A DNA stretch of 64,000 bases from NCBI GenBank assembly GCA_050330995.1, contig JBHJHI010000057.1:1649-65648 (forward strand). The letters are read 5' to 3'. The notes below the pieces were generated by a model, which ran no database searches, was not told the origin of the DNA, and saw only the letters and a list, made by a program, of their open reading frames with translations. The position numbers were made by a program, and so were the translations under genes. This DNA is from Paracoccaceae bacterium (lineage in GTDB: Bacteria; Pseudomonadota; Alphaproteobacteria; Rhodobacterales; Rhodobacteraceae). Numbering within the stretch: position 1 is the stretch's first letter; the number at the start of each line of letters is the position of its first letter. Shown piece after piece: positions 41,018-49,285 of the stretch.

Positions 41018-41653
41018 ATGACCCCGATCCAGACCCCCCTCAGGCCAGAGCGACCATCCGCTCGAAGCGGTTCCATCAGCTTCGCCAACCAGTTCGTGCG
41101 TCAGCCCGCGGTGCTGCGCGACCACCCCGCCCTGGTGCTCAACGCCGACTATCGGCCGCTCAGCTACTTCCCGCTCTCGCTCTGGCCCTGGCAGGAGGCG
41201 ATCAAGGCGGTGTTCCTCGACCGCGTCCAGATCGTCGCCGAGTACGACTTCGAGGTGCACAGCCCCTCGATCGCGCTCAGGCTGCCCTCGGTCGTGGTGC
41301 TGCGCGACTACGTGAAGCCCGCGCGCTACCCGGCCTTCACCCGCTTCAACCTATTCCTGCGCGACGAGTTCACCTGCCAGTACTGCGGCGCCGACGGGGA
41401 GATGACCTTCGACCACGTGATCCCGCGCTCGCGCGGCGGGCGCACCACCTGGGCCAACGTCGTCGCCGCCTGCGGGCGCTGCAACCTGAGGAAGGCCAAC
41501 CACACGCTGCGCGAGGCGGGGATGTCGCTCGCGCGCCCGGCCTATCGCCCCGACGCGGCCGAGCTGCAGAACAAGGGACGCAAGTTCCCGCCGAACTACC
41601 TACACGAGAGCTGGATGGACTTCCTGTACTGGGACGCCGAACTGGAGAGCTGA
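41018..41653 (+). CDS. HNH endonuclease (conserved alphaproteobacterial type)
   Basis: [59 protein letters not shown]. Confidence 0.9.
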   Translation: [211 protein letters not shown]

Positions 41654-41657
41654 GCGC

Positions 41658-42152
41658 TCAGGCGTCGCGCTCGAACGGCATCCGCCACCACGCCGCCGAC
41701 GCCGCCCAGAGCGCGCCGAGGCCGAGCGAGGCGAGCCCGTTCCAGGCGGCCATCGACAGCCCCAGGAACGACCAGGCCACCGCGTCGCAGCGCACGAGCG
41801 GCGCCTCCATGATCTCGGCCATGAGGTCCTCGGCCGACTTGGCGCCGGGCGCGGGCGCGTCGCAGCCGCCGGGGCTCGCCCAGAGCCCCTGCTCGACGCC
41901 GACGTGGGTGGCCGCGATCGCGACCGACACCGCCATCAGCCCCGCGCCGAGGCCGGAGAGCACCCGGCGCCGGCGCCAGAGCACGGTGATGCCGAGCACG
42001 CCGACGCCGACGGCGAGCGCGTGCGGCCAGCGCTGCCACACGCAGAGCTCGCAGGGCACGAGGCCGCCGAAGAGCTGGAAGCCGAAGGCGGCGAGCAGCA
42101 GCGCGGCCGAGCCTGCCGCGGCGAGCAGCATCCGCCCGTACGCCGTCATCAT
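41658..42152 (-). CDS. dsbB: Disulfide bond formation protein B family
   Basis: PCELCVWQRWPH CxxC; HVGVEQGLW; RCDAVAW; LSMAAWN. Confidence 0.85.
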   Translation of the reverse strand: MMTAYGRMLLAAAGSAALLLAAFGFQLFGGLVPCELCVWQRWPHALAVGVGVLGITVLWRRRRVLSGLGAGLMAVSVAIAATHVGVEQGLWASPGGCDAPAPGAKSAEDLMAEIMEAPLVRCDAVAWSFLGLSMAAWNGLASLGLGALWAASAAWWRMPFERDA

Positions 42153-42730
42153 AGCGCGGCCCTGAGGACGACGAAGCCCCCCACCAGCGCCACGAAGAAC
42201 AGCGTGAGCCAGAGCCCGAGCCGGCGTTCGATCACCGCCTGGATCGGCGGGCCGTAGGCCTTGAGGAGCGCGGCCACGATGAAGAAGCGCAGGCCGCGCG
42301 CCAGGACCGAGGCGACCACGAACACGACGAGGTTCAGCGCCACCGCGCCGGAGGCGATGGTGATCACCTTGTAGGGAAACGGCGTCACGCCCGCGCCGAA
42401 CACGATCCAGGCGCCCCATTCCTCGAAGCGTGCGCCGAAGTCGTCGAAGTGCTCCATCTTGCCGTAGAACTCGAGCACGGGGCGTCCGATGGTCTCGAAC
42501 GCGCCCCAGCCGAGCGCGTAGCCCGCGATCCCGCCGAGCACCGAGGCGGCGGTGCAGACCGCGGCGATGGTCCAGGCGCGGTGCGGGGCGGCGAGGATCA
42601 TCGGCACCATCAGCACGTCCGGCGGGATCGGGAACACCGAGCTTTCGATGAAGCTGACGGCGAACAGCACCCAGAGCGCGTGAGGCTGGCCGGCCTGCGC
42701 CAGCGTCCAGTAGTAGAGATGACGCAGCAT
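42149..42730 (-). CDS. yqaA: YqaA / DedA-like membrane protein
   Basis: SFIESSVFPIPPD, ASVLGG, TPFPYK, RGLRF. Confidence 0.85.
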   Translation of the reverse strand: MLRHLYYWTLAQAGQPHALWVLFAVSFIESSVFPIPPDVLMVPMILAAPHRAWTIAAVCTAASVLGGIAGYALGWGAFETIGRPVLEFYGKMEHFDDFGARFEEWGAWIVFGAGVTPFPYKVITIASGAVALNLVVFVVASVLARGLRFFIVAALLKAYGPPIQAVIERRLGLWLTLFFVALVGGFVVLRAAL

Positions 42731-42809
42731 GTCGCCCGATTCCCCCGAGGCCCCGCCGGGGCATCCGTGCGGCGCGCTAGCAGCCCAATGGCGCACAGGC
42801 AAGGCGGCT

Positions 42810-42895
42810 TGGTGGCCCCCGCCGGGATCGAACCGGCACGCCCGAAGGGCAAGGGTTTTTGAGACCCTCGCGTCTACCAATTCCGCCAGGGGGCC
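42810..42895 (-). tRNA. tRNA-Leu (anticodon CAA)
   Basis: Reverse complement GGCCCCCTGGCGGAATTGGTAGACGCGAGGGTCTCAAAAACCCT...GCCGGTTCGATCCCGGCGGGGGCCACCA; long variable arm; anticodon loop CTCAAAA. Confidence 0.95.
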
Positions 42896-43127
42896 AACCG
42901 GCGCAGCCCTTTGCACGGTGCGCGCCGGGCTGGCAAGAAGGGCCGGCGCCGCCGCGCCGGGGTGTCCCGCTCTCGCGCGCGGCGTCGGTTCGCCCTTGCG
43001 TCGAAACCTTCGACGTTCCAAACCGCCGCCGTGACGGGTAAGATGTTGGTAACCCGACCGGGCTAGTCGGGCGATGGGATGGTGCCGATCCGAGCGGGGC
43101 TGTCCGGGATCAGGACGTGGGGGACGC

Positions 43128-45032
43128 ATGAGGACCGAAACCGGGGCGGCGGAGCTTCGCCGCGCGATCGGACGCTGCCGCAGCCACTTCGTGGCGGTCG
43201 CGGTGTTCAGCATCTTCGTCAACCTGTTGATGCTGACGGGTCCGATGTTCATGCTGACGACCTACGACACCATCCTGCCGAGCCGCTCGGTGCCGAGCCT
43301 CGTGGCGCTGGTGATCCTCGCCACCTTCCTGTTCCTGATGATGGGTCTCCTGGAATACGCGCGCGGGCGAATGCTGGCGCGCGCCGGGGCGCGCTTCCAG
43401 GAGCTCCTCGACACCCGCGTGTTCACCGCGGTGCTGCGCCGCTCGGTCAGCCCCGGCGAGCGCGCCAAGCCCAACACGGCGAGCCGCAATCTCGACGCGA
43501 TCCGCCAGCTCCTGTCCGGCCCCGCGCCCTTCGCCGCGTTCGACATCCCCTGGACGCCGCTGTTCCTGGCCGCGATCTTCCTGTTCCACCCCTACATGGG
43601 CTGGCTCGCGGTCGCGGGCGGGCTCCTGCTCATCACGCTCACGATCGTCAACCAGGTCCGCTCGCGGCGCCTCACGCTCGAGTCGAACGCGGCGACGGGG
43701 CAGGCCGACAACCTCGCCGAGGCGATGCGCCAGAACGCGGAGGCCGTCCAGGGCCTCGGCATGCGCGACAACGTGCTCGCCGAGTGGCGGCGTATCCGCA
43801 ACGTCGCGCTCCACGGCACCATCAGCGCCTCGGACCGCACCGGCAGCTACTCCTCGGCGACCAAGTCGCTGCGCTTCTATCTCCAGTCGATGATGCTCGG
43901 CCTCGGCGCCTGGCTCGCGCTGCAGATGGAGATCTCGCCGGGCATGATGATCGCGGGCTCGATCCTGATGGGCCGCGCGCTCGCGCCGATCGAGCAGGCG
44001 ATCGGGCAGTGGTCGCTGGTCCAGCGCGCCACCGCCGGCTGGCGCGACCTCGGCAAGTTCCTCGAGAACCTGCCCGAGGAGGGGCAGAAGACGCAGCTCC
44101 CGGCGCCCAAGGGCTATCTGGAGGTGCAGGGCGCGGCGGTACGCGCGCCGGGCGAGACCACGGTGGCGCTGCGCGACATCAGCTTCGCGATCGGGCCGGG
44201 CAAGGCGATGGGCGTGATCGGCCCCTCGGGCGCGGGCAAGTCGACGCTCGCCAAGGTGCTGGTCGGCATCTGGCCGCTGGTGGCCGGCAAGGTCCGTCTC
44301 GACGGCGCGGCGCTCGACCAGTGGCCGATCGACGATCTGGGCAAGCATTTCGGCTATCTGCCCCAGGAGATCGGGCTGTTCTCGGGCACCGTCGCGCGCA
44401 ACATCGCGCGCATGGCCGCCGAGCCCGACGACGCCGCGGTGGTGGAAGCCGCCAAGCGCGCCGGCGCGCACGAGTTGCTGCTGACGCTGCCGCAGGGCTA
44501 CGACACCGACATCGGCTACGGCGGCCAGCGCCTCTCGGGCGGGCAACGCCAGCGCGTGGCGCTCGCGCGCGCGCTCTACGGCGACCCGCCGGTGATCGTG
44601 CTCGACGAGCCCAATGCCAACCTCGACGCGCCCGGCGAGCAGGCGGTGATCCACGCGATCCGCGACGCCAAGGCGCGCGGGCGCACGGTGATCGTGATCG
44701 CCCACCGGCCCTCGGCGGTCGCGGCCTGCGACTATCTCCTGATGCTCGACAAGGGCCGCCAGGTCGACTTCGGCCCGCGCGACGAGGTGCTGAAGAAGCG
44801 CACGCGCAACTATCCCCAGCTCGTGGGCGGCGGGCGTCAGGGCGAGGCGGGCGTCGCCGCCGCCGCGAAGGCCCCCGCCTCCGGCGGGACGGTTCTGCAG
44901 CCCAAGCCCGTTCTGCCGGGGGGCGGCGCGGCGGCGGTCAAGCCGCAGCCCGAGACGGAGCGGGACGAGGCCGAGCCCCTCAAGCTCGGCGAGGACATGC
45001 GCGTCGCCCCGGCGACGGCGGGAGGGAACTGA
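43128..45032 (+). CDS. Type I secretion system permease/ATPase (PrtD/AprD-like)
   Basis: [50 protein letters not shown]; no N-terminal C39 domain. Confidence 0.92.
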   Translation: MRTETGAAELRRAIGRCRSHFVAVAVFSIFVNLLMLTGPMFMLTTYDTILPSRSVPSLVALVILATFLFLMMGLLEYARGRMLARAGARFQELLDTRVFTAVLRRSVSPGERAKPNTASRNLDAIRQLLSGPAPFAAFDIPWTPLFLAAIFLFHPYMGWLAVAGGLLLITLTIVNQVRSRRLTLESNAATGQADNLAEAMRQNAEAVQGLGMRDNVLAEWRRIRNVALHGTISASDRTGSYSSATKSLRFYLQSMMLGLGAWLALQMEISPGMMIAGSILMGRALAPIEQAIGQWSLVQRATAGWRDLGKFLENLPEEGQKTQLPAPKGYLEVQGAAVRAPGETTVALRDISFAIGPGKAMGVIGPSGAGKSTLAKVLVGIWPLVAGKVRLDGAALDQWPIDDLGKHFGYLPQEIGLFSGTVARNIARMAAEPDDAAVVEAAKRAGAHELLLTLPQGYDTDIGYGGQRLSGGQRQRVALARALYGDPPVIVLDEPNANLDAPGEQAVIHAIRDAKARGRTVIVIAHRPSAVAACDYLLMLDKGRQVDFGPRDEVLKKRTRNYPQLVGGGRQGEAGVAAAAKAPASGGTVLQPKPVLPGGGAAAVKPQPETERDEAEPLKLGEDMRVAPATAGGN

Positions 45033-45035
45033 GCC

Positions 45036-46334
45036 ATGGCCAAGGACGACGGCTGGAGCGGCCGCGGCTTCGCGATCTTCGGGATCATCTGCGTGATCGT
45101 GCTCGGCGGCGGCTTCGGCGGCTGGGCGGCGACCGCCAACATCGCTGGCGCGGTGGTCGCGCAGGGACAGTTGCGCGTGGAGAGCGAGCGACAGGTGGTC
45201 CAGCATCCCGACGGCGGCATCGTTGGCGAGATCAACGTCCGCGAGGGCGACATGGTCGGGGCGGGGGCGACCGTGATCCGTCTCGACGGCACGCGGCTCA
45301 ACTCGGAGCTGGCCGCGCTCGAGAGCCAGCTCTACGAGATCATGGCGCGGCGCGGCCGGCTGGAGGCCGAGCAGGCCGACCTCGACGAGATCACCTTCGA
45401 TCCCGAACTGATCGAGGTCGCCGCGAAGCGCGAGAACGTCGCGCGACTGATGCAGGGCCAGCAGAACCTGTTCGAGGCGCGTCTCGACTCCATGGAGACC
45501 GAGATGCGCGTTTACGCCGAGCGCCAGGCCCAGGTGCGCCAGCAGATCACCGGCGTTGACGCCGAGCTGGAGGCGATCGCGCGTCAGGCCTCGCTCGCCG
45601 AGGAGGAGCTGGCCGACATGCGCTCGCTCTACGACAAAGGCCTCGCGCGGCGCGACCGCATCATGGCCCTCGACCGCGAGGCGGCGCGGCTCCAGGGCCA
45701 GGAAGGCCAGCTGGTCGCGCGGCGCGCCGAACTCGGCGGCCAGATCTCGCAGCTGAAGGAGGAGCAGCTCCGTCTCGGCAAGACCCGCCGCGAGGAGGCG
45801 ATCGCCGAGCTTCGCGAGCTGGGCTTCCGCGAGCTGGAGCTGAAGGAGCGGCGCATCCAGCTCGAGGACCAGCTCTCGCGCCTCGACGTGCGCGCGCCGC
45901 GCGAGGGCATCGTCTACGACATGCAGGTCCACGCGCTCGAATCGGTCGTGCGCGCCGCCGACCCGATCCTCTACATCGTGCCGACCGACAGCGCCCTCGT
46001 GGTCGAGGCGCAGGTCGACCCGGCCTCGATCGACCAGGTACACGTCGGCCAGGAAGCCGTGCTGCGCCTCACCGCCTTCAACACCCGCACCACGCCCGAG
46101 GTGTTCGGCGACGTGATCAAAGTTTCGGCCGACGCCTTCTTCGAGGAGCAGACCGGGCGTTCGTACTACAAGGTCGACGTCGAGCTACGCGAGGAAGCCT
46201 TCGAGGTGCTGGAGGGCAAGGAACTGGTCGCGGGTATGCCGGTCGAGGTCTACCTCCAGACCGGCGCGCGCACGCCGATCGCCTACCTGATGAAGCCGAT
46301 GACGGACTACGTGAACCGCGCCTGGCGGGAGTGA
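45036..46334 (+). CDS. HlyD-family type I secretion membrane fusion protein (PrtE-like)
   Basis: VVQHPDGGIV, long coiled coil, RAPREGIV, AGMPVEV, YLMKP. Confidence 0.92.
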   Translation: MAKDDGWSGRGFAIFGIICVIVLGGGFGGWAATANIAGAVVAQGQLRVESERQVVQHPDGGIVGEINVREGDMVGAGATVIRLDGTRLNSELAALESQLYEIMARRGRLEAEQADLDEITFDPELIEVAAKRENVARLMQGQQNLFEARLDSMETEMRVYAERQAQVRQQITGVDAELEAIARQASLAEEELADMRSLYDKGLARRDRIMALDREAARLQGQEGQLVARRAELGGQISQLKEEQLRLGKTRREEAIAELRELGFRELELKERRIQLEDQLSRLDVRAPREGIVYDMQVHALESVVRAADPILYIVPTDSALVVEAQVDPASIDQVHVGQEAVLRLTAFNTRTTPEVFGDVIKVSADAFFEEQTGRSYYKVDVELREEAFEVLEGKELVAGMPVEVYLQTGARTPIAYLMKPMTDYVNRAWRE

Positions 46335-46916
46335 ACGGCGAGGGGTCGCCCTCTGGCGGTTGCGAGCGCTATGGACTTCGTCCCGCGTGCCTCACGGCAC
46401 GCGGGCCTCTTCGTTCGAAGAGGGGCCGAACCTCTCCTTCAGGGGCCACCCGCGATGCCGGGCGACGGCGAGGTCCCGCGACCGTACGCGAGCCACCCAG
46501 CCCATATCGGCCCGACGACGGCCCCGTGACACCCCTGGCTCGCCCGTCGGAGACAGCGCGGCCAATGGGCGGTGGCTCCGCGGTCGAGGGTCTCGACGCG
46601 GTGGGAGGGAAGGCGCCTGCCGACCCGCGGCGCGAACTTCGCTCAGAGTGACGCTTCCTACTCGCCTTGGCGTCATGATTCGCGCGACCGAAGTCCTTCC
46701 CGACAAGCTCCGGTAGAGCGATCGTACAGGGCCACAAGCATCGGTGCTCGTCTCCTGTGCTCACGAGGGACTCAACTGGCTCGATCGTAGAAGGCGAAGC
46801 ACTCGCCTCAGGGGCCGTGCAATACTTCTCTCCGGAGCCGAGGCTCCTCCTGGCAAAGGATCGGTGGCTTCGCTCTAGCCGGCGTTCGGCAGGGTTCAGG
46901 TGAGGAGTGCGGTATC

Positions 46917-47174
46917 ATGAGACATTCGTCGAGCATCGATGCGGCGGTCGGCCCCGTGCTGATTTCTGACGACACGATCAGGACCTGGGCGGCGGGCGGA
47001 CCGAGACGTGTCGTGACGGCCTTCCGGATCGTCCGCCGGGAGTTCTTGCGCGCGCTCGAAGCCCGTCGGGAGTGATACCGGCTGACCGGCTCGACCGACG
47101 CCGGGCTCGCGCGCCACGGCCTCGTGCGCGGCGAGATCGCCGAACACCTCCGCACGACCTTCTACGGCGACTGA
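46917..47174 (+). pseudogene. Small DUF1127-like protein with an internal in-frame stop
   Basis: GAGGAG RBS; reads ...EARRE*YRLTGSTDAGLARHGLVRGEIAEH..., with TGA at 47073-47075; the C-terminal half resembles the L-SD-L-GL-R-I motif. Confidence 0.55.
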
Positions 47175-47440
47175 GCCGAAGGCGTCCCGGCGCCCGGCCA
47201 GAGCCGTCTCCGGGGCGCGACGTGGGCGACCATGCCGAATCCGCGTCGTGGCCGCCTGTCGTGTCGCCGTCGCTCGGGCGCCGGGGTCCGGTCCGGGACG
47301 GTGCCGGACGAAGCGCAGGCGGCGGACGGGAAAGATCCGCGTTCCCGCCGATCGCGTCGGCTCCGGGCACGGCCCAGTGACGGGGTACGCCGGGGCCGCG
47401 AACGCTCCGCGCCCTTCGCTCTACTCGGGAAGCCCGCCCC

Positions 47441-48364
47441 TCAGGACCGCCGGTCGACCACGAAGGCCGCCGCTGCCGCCAGCAGGTCCGCCGCCTCGCC
47501 GAACGGCGCGAGCGCGGCCGTCGCCTCCGTCACCAGCGCCTCGGCCCGTGCCCGCGCGCCGTCGACGCCGAGGATGTCGACGAAGGTGGCCTTGCCCGCC
47601 GCCTCGTCCTTGCCGACGCGCTTGCCGGTCTCGGCCTCCGAGCCGGTGACGTCGAGCAGGTCGTCGGCGATCTGGAAGGCTTCGCCGAGCGCGCGGGCAT
47701 AGGCGCGCACCGCCTCGACGCTCGCCGCGTCGGCCTCGGCCAGGATCGCGCCCGCCTCGGCCGAGACCTCAAGAAGCGCCCCGGTCTTCATCGCCTGCAG
47801 CCGCTTGACCGCGCGCGCGTCGAGCCGGGCGCCGTCGGCCTCGGCCGCGAGGTCGAGCGCCTGGCCGCCGACCATGCCGCGCGCGCCGGACGCCTGGGCG
47901 AGGCGCAGGCAGAGCCCGGCGCGCACCGCGGGGTTCGGGTGGGTCGCCGGATCGGCCAGGATCTCGAAGGCGATCGTCTGCAACGCGTCGCCGGCCAGCA
48001 CCGCCGTCGCCTCGTCCCAGACGCGGTGGACCGTCGGCTTGCCGCGGCGCAGGTCGTCGTCGTCCATGCAGGGCAGGTCGTCGTGGACGAGGCTGTAGGC
48101 GTGCAGCGCTTCCATCGCGGCGCCCGCGCGCACCGCGCGATCGGTCGGCGCGCCGAGCATCCGCGCGGTCTCGGTGGCGAGGAAGGCGCGAAGCCGCTTG
48201 CCCCCGCCGAGGGTGGCGTAGCGCATGGCCTCGGTGAGCGCGGCCTCGCCCGGCGAGCCGCCCCCGTGGGGGAGCAGGTCGTCGAGCGCCGCCTCCGTCA
48301 TCGACGCGTGCGCCGCGAGGGCGCGCGTGAAGTCGAGCGCGGGCGCGCCGGTCGTCTCCGTCAT
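47441..48364 (-). CDS. ispA: Polyprenyl (farnesyl) diphosphate synthase
   Basis: GGKRLR, HAYSLVHDDLPCMDDDDLRRGKPT (FARM), GQALD, KTGAL, FQIADD, GKRVGKD. Confidence 0.9.
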   Translation of the reverse strand: MTETTGAPALDFTRALAAHASMTEAALDDLLPHGGGSPGEAALTEAMRYATLGGGKRLRAFLATETARMLGAPTDRAVRAGAAMEALHAYSLVHDDLPCMDDDDLRRGKPTVHRVWDEATAVLAGDALQTIAFEILADPATHPNPAVRAGLCLRLAQASGARGMVGGQALDLAAEADGARLDARAVKRLQAMKTGALLEVSAEAGAILAEADAASVEAVRAYARALGEAFQIADDLLDVTGSEAETGKRVGKDEAAGKATFVDILGVDGARARAEALVTEATAALAPFGEAADLLAAAAAFVVDRRS

Positions 48365-49113
48365 TGCCCCTCGTCGTCGAAGATGTCGGGCGCGGCCGCG
48401 TCCTCGCCGCCGATCAGCGCCTGGCGCCGTTGCAGATAGACCGAGCGCAGCGTCACGTAGCTGTCCGGACTCTCGTAGAGCAGCTCGTCGATCAGGTCGA
48501 AGTTCTCGTCGCGCTGGTCCACGTTGTCGGTGACGGTGATGATCGGGCCGATGTTCGAGAGCGCGTCCGTCTCCAGAAGGCCGACATAGGTCGTGGGCGT
48601 GAGGCCGGTGTCGACGGCGAAGCCCGCGAGCGCGCGCGGGGAGGACGGCCCGAGCAGCGGCAGCACCAGATAGGGCCCCTGCGCCACGCCGTACTTGCCG
48701 AGCGTGACGCCGAAGTCGGTCGGCTCGTGCGGCAGCCCGAACTCGGTCGCCGGGTCGAGCAGCCCGCCCGCGCCCATCGCGGTGTTGAGCGTGAAGCGCC
48801 CGAGCGTGCGCAGCGCCATGCGCCCCTCGCCCTGGAACAAGTAGTTCGCGAAGTCGGCCGGCAGCTCCAGATGGTCGAGCCCGTTGCCGACGATGTGCTG
48901 GATCGGCCCGTAGGCGATCACGTCGTAGGCCTGCGCCGCCGGGCGCAGCACGTAGCTGTCGAGCCCGACGTTGAAGGAATGGAACACGCGGTTGGTGTCC
49001 TCGTAGGGGTCCTGCGCCGCGAAGCCGCCGCTCCCGTCGTCGGTGGACGCGCAGGCGCCGAGCGCGGCGGCCAACAGCAGCGCGCCCGTCCGGCGCAAGG
49101 TCGTCGCGATCAT
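48361..49113 (-). CDS. vacJ: VacJ/MlaA-family outer-membrane lipoprotein
   Basis: Lipobox LGAC; DPYEDTNR, RFTLNT, GLLDPA, DFGVTLG, YLVLPLLGPS, YVTLRSVYLQRR. Confidence 0.9.
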   Translation of the reverse strand: MIATTLRRTGALLLAAALGACASTDDGSGGFAAQDPYEDTNRVFHSFNVGLDSYVLRPAAQAYDVIAYGPIQHIVGNGLDHLELPADFANYLFQGEGRMALRTLGRFTLNTAMGAGGLLDPATEFGLPHEPTDFGVTLGKYGVAQGPYLVLPLLGPSSPRALAGFAVDTGLTPTTYVGLLETDALSNIGPIITVTDNVDQRDENFDLIDELLYESPDSYVTLRSVYLQRRQALIGGEDAAAPDIFDDEGQ

Positions 49114-49285
49114 GATATCGAGGTCCCGATCTCTGAAGCCGTGTGCCGCACGGGACTTTCGGCCCCGGACGCATACCCTCGCGGTTGGCCCGCGGCGCGC
49201 GCGACGTTAGCGTGCGCGCGCTGCGGCAAGCAAGCGCAGGGACGGCGCGGGACCAGCCCCTCCCGCCCGATCGAACGGGGGAGCG

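Noticed and set aside
47073-47110. Selenocysteine recoding of the in-frame TGA
   Set aside because: No convincing SECIS hairpin, and there is no reason for a Cys/Sec at this position in a DUF1127-like protein.
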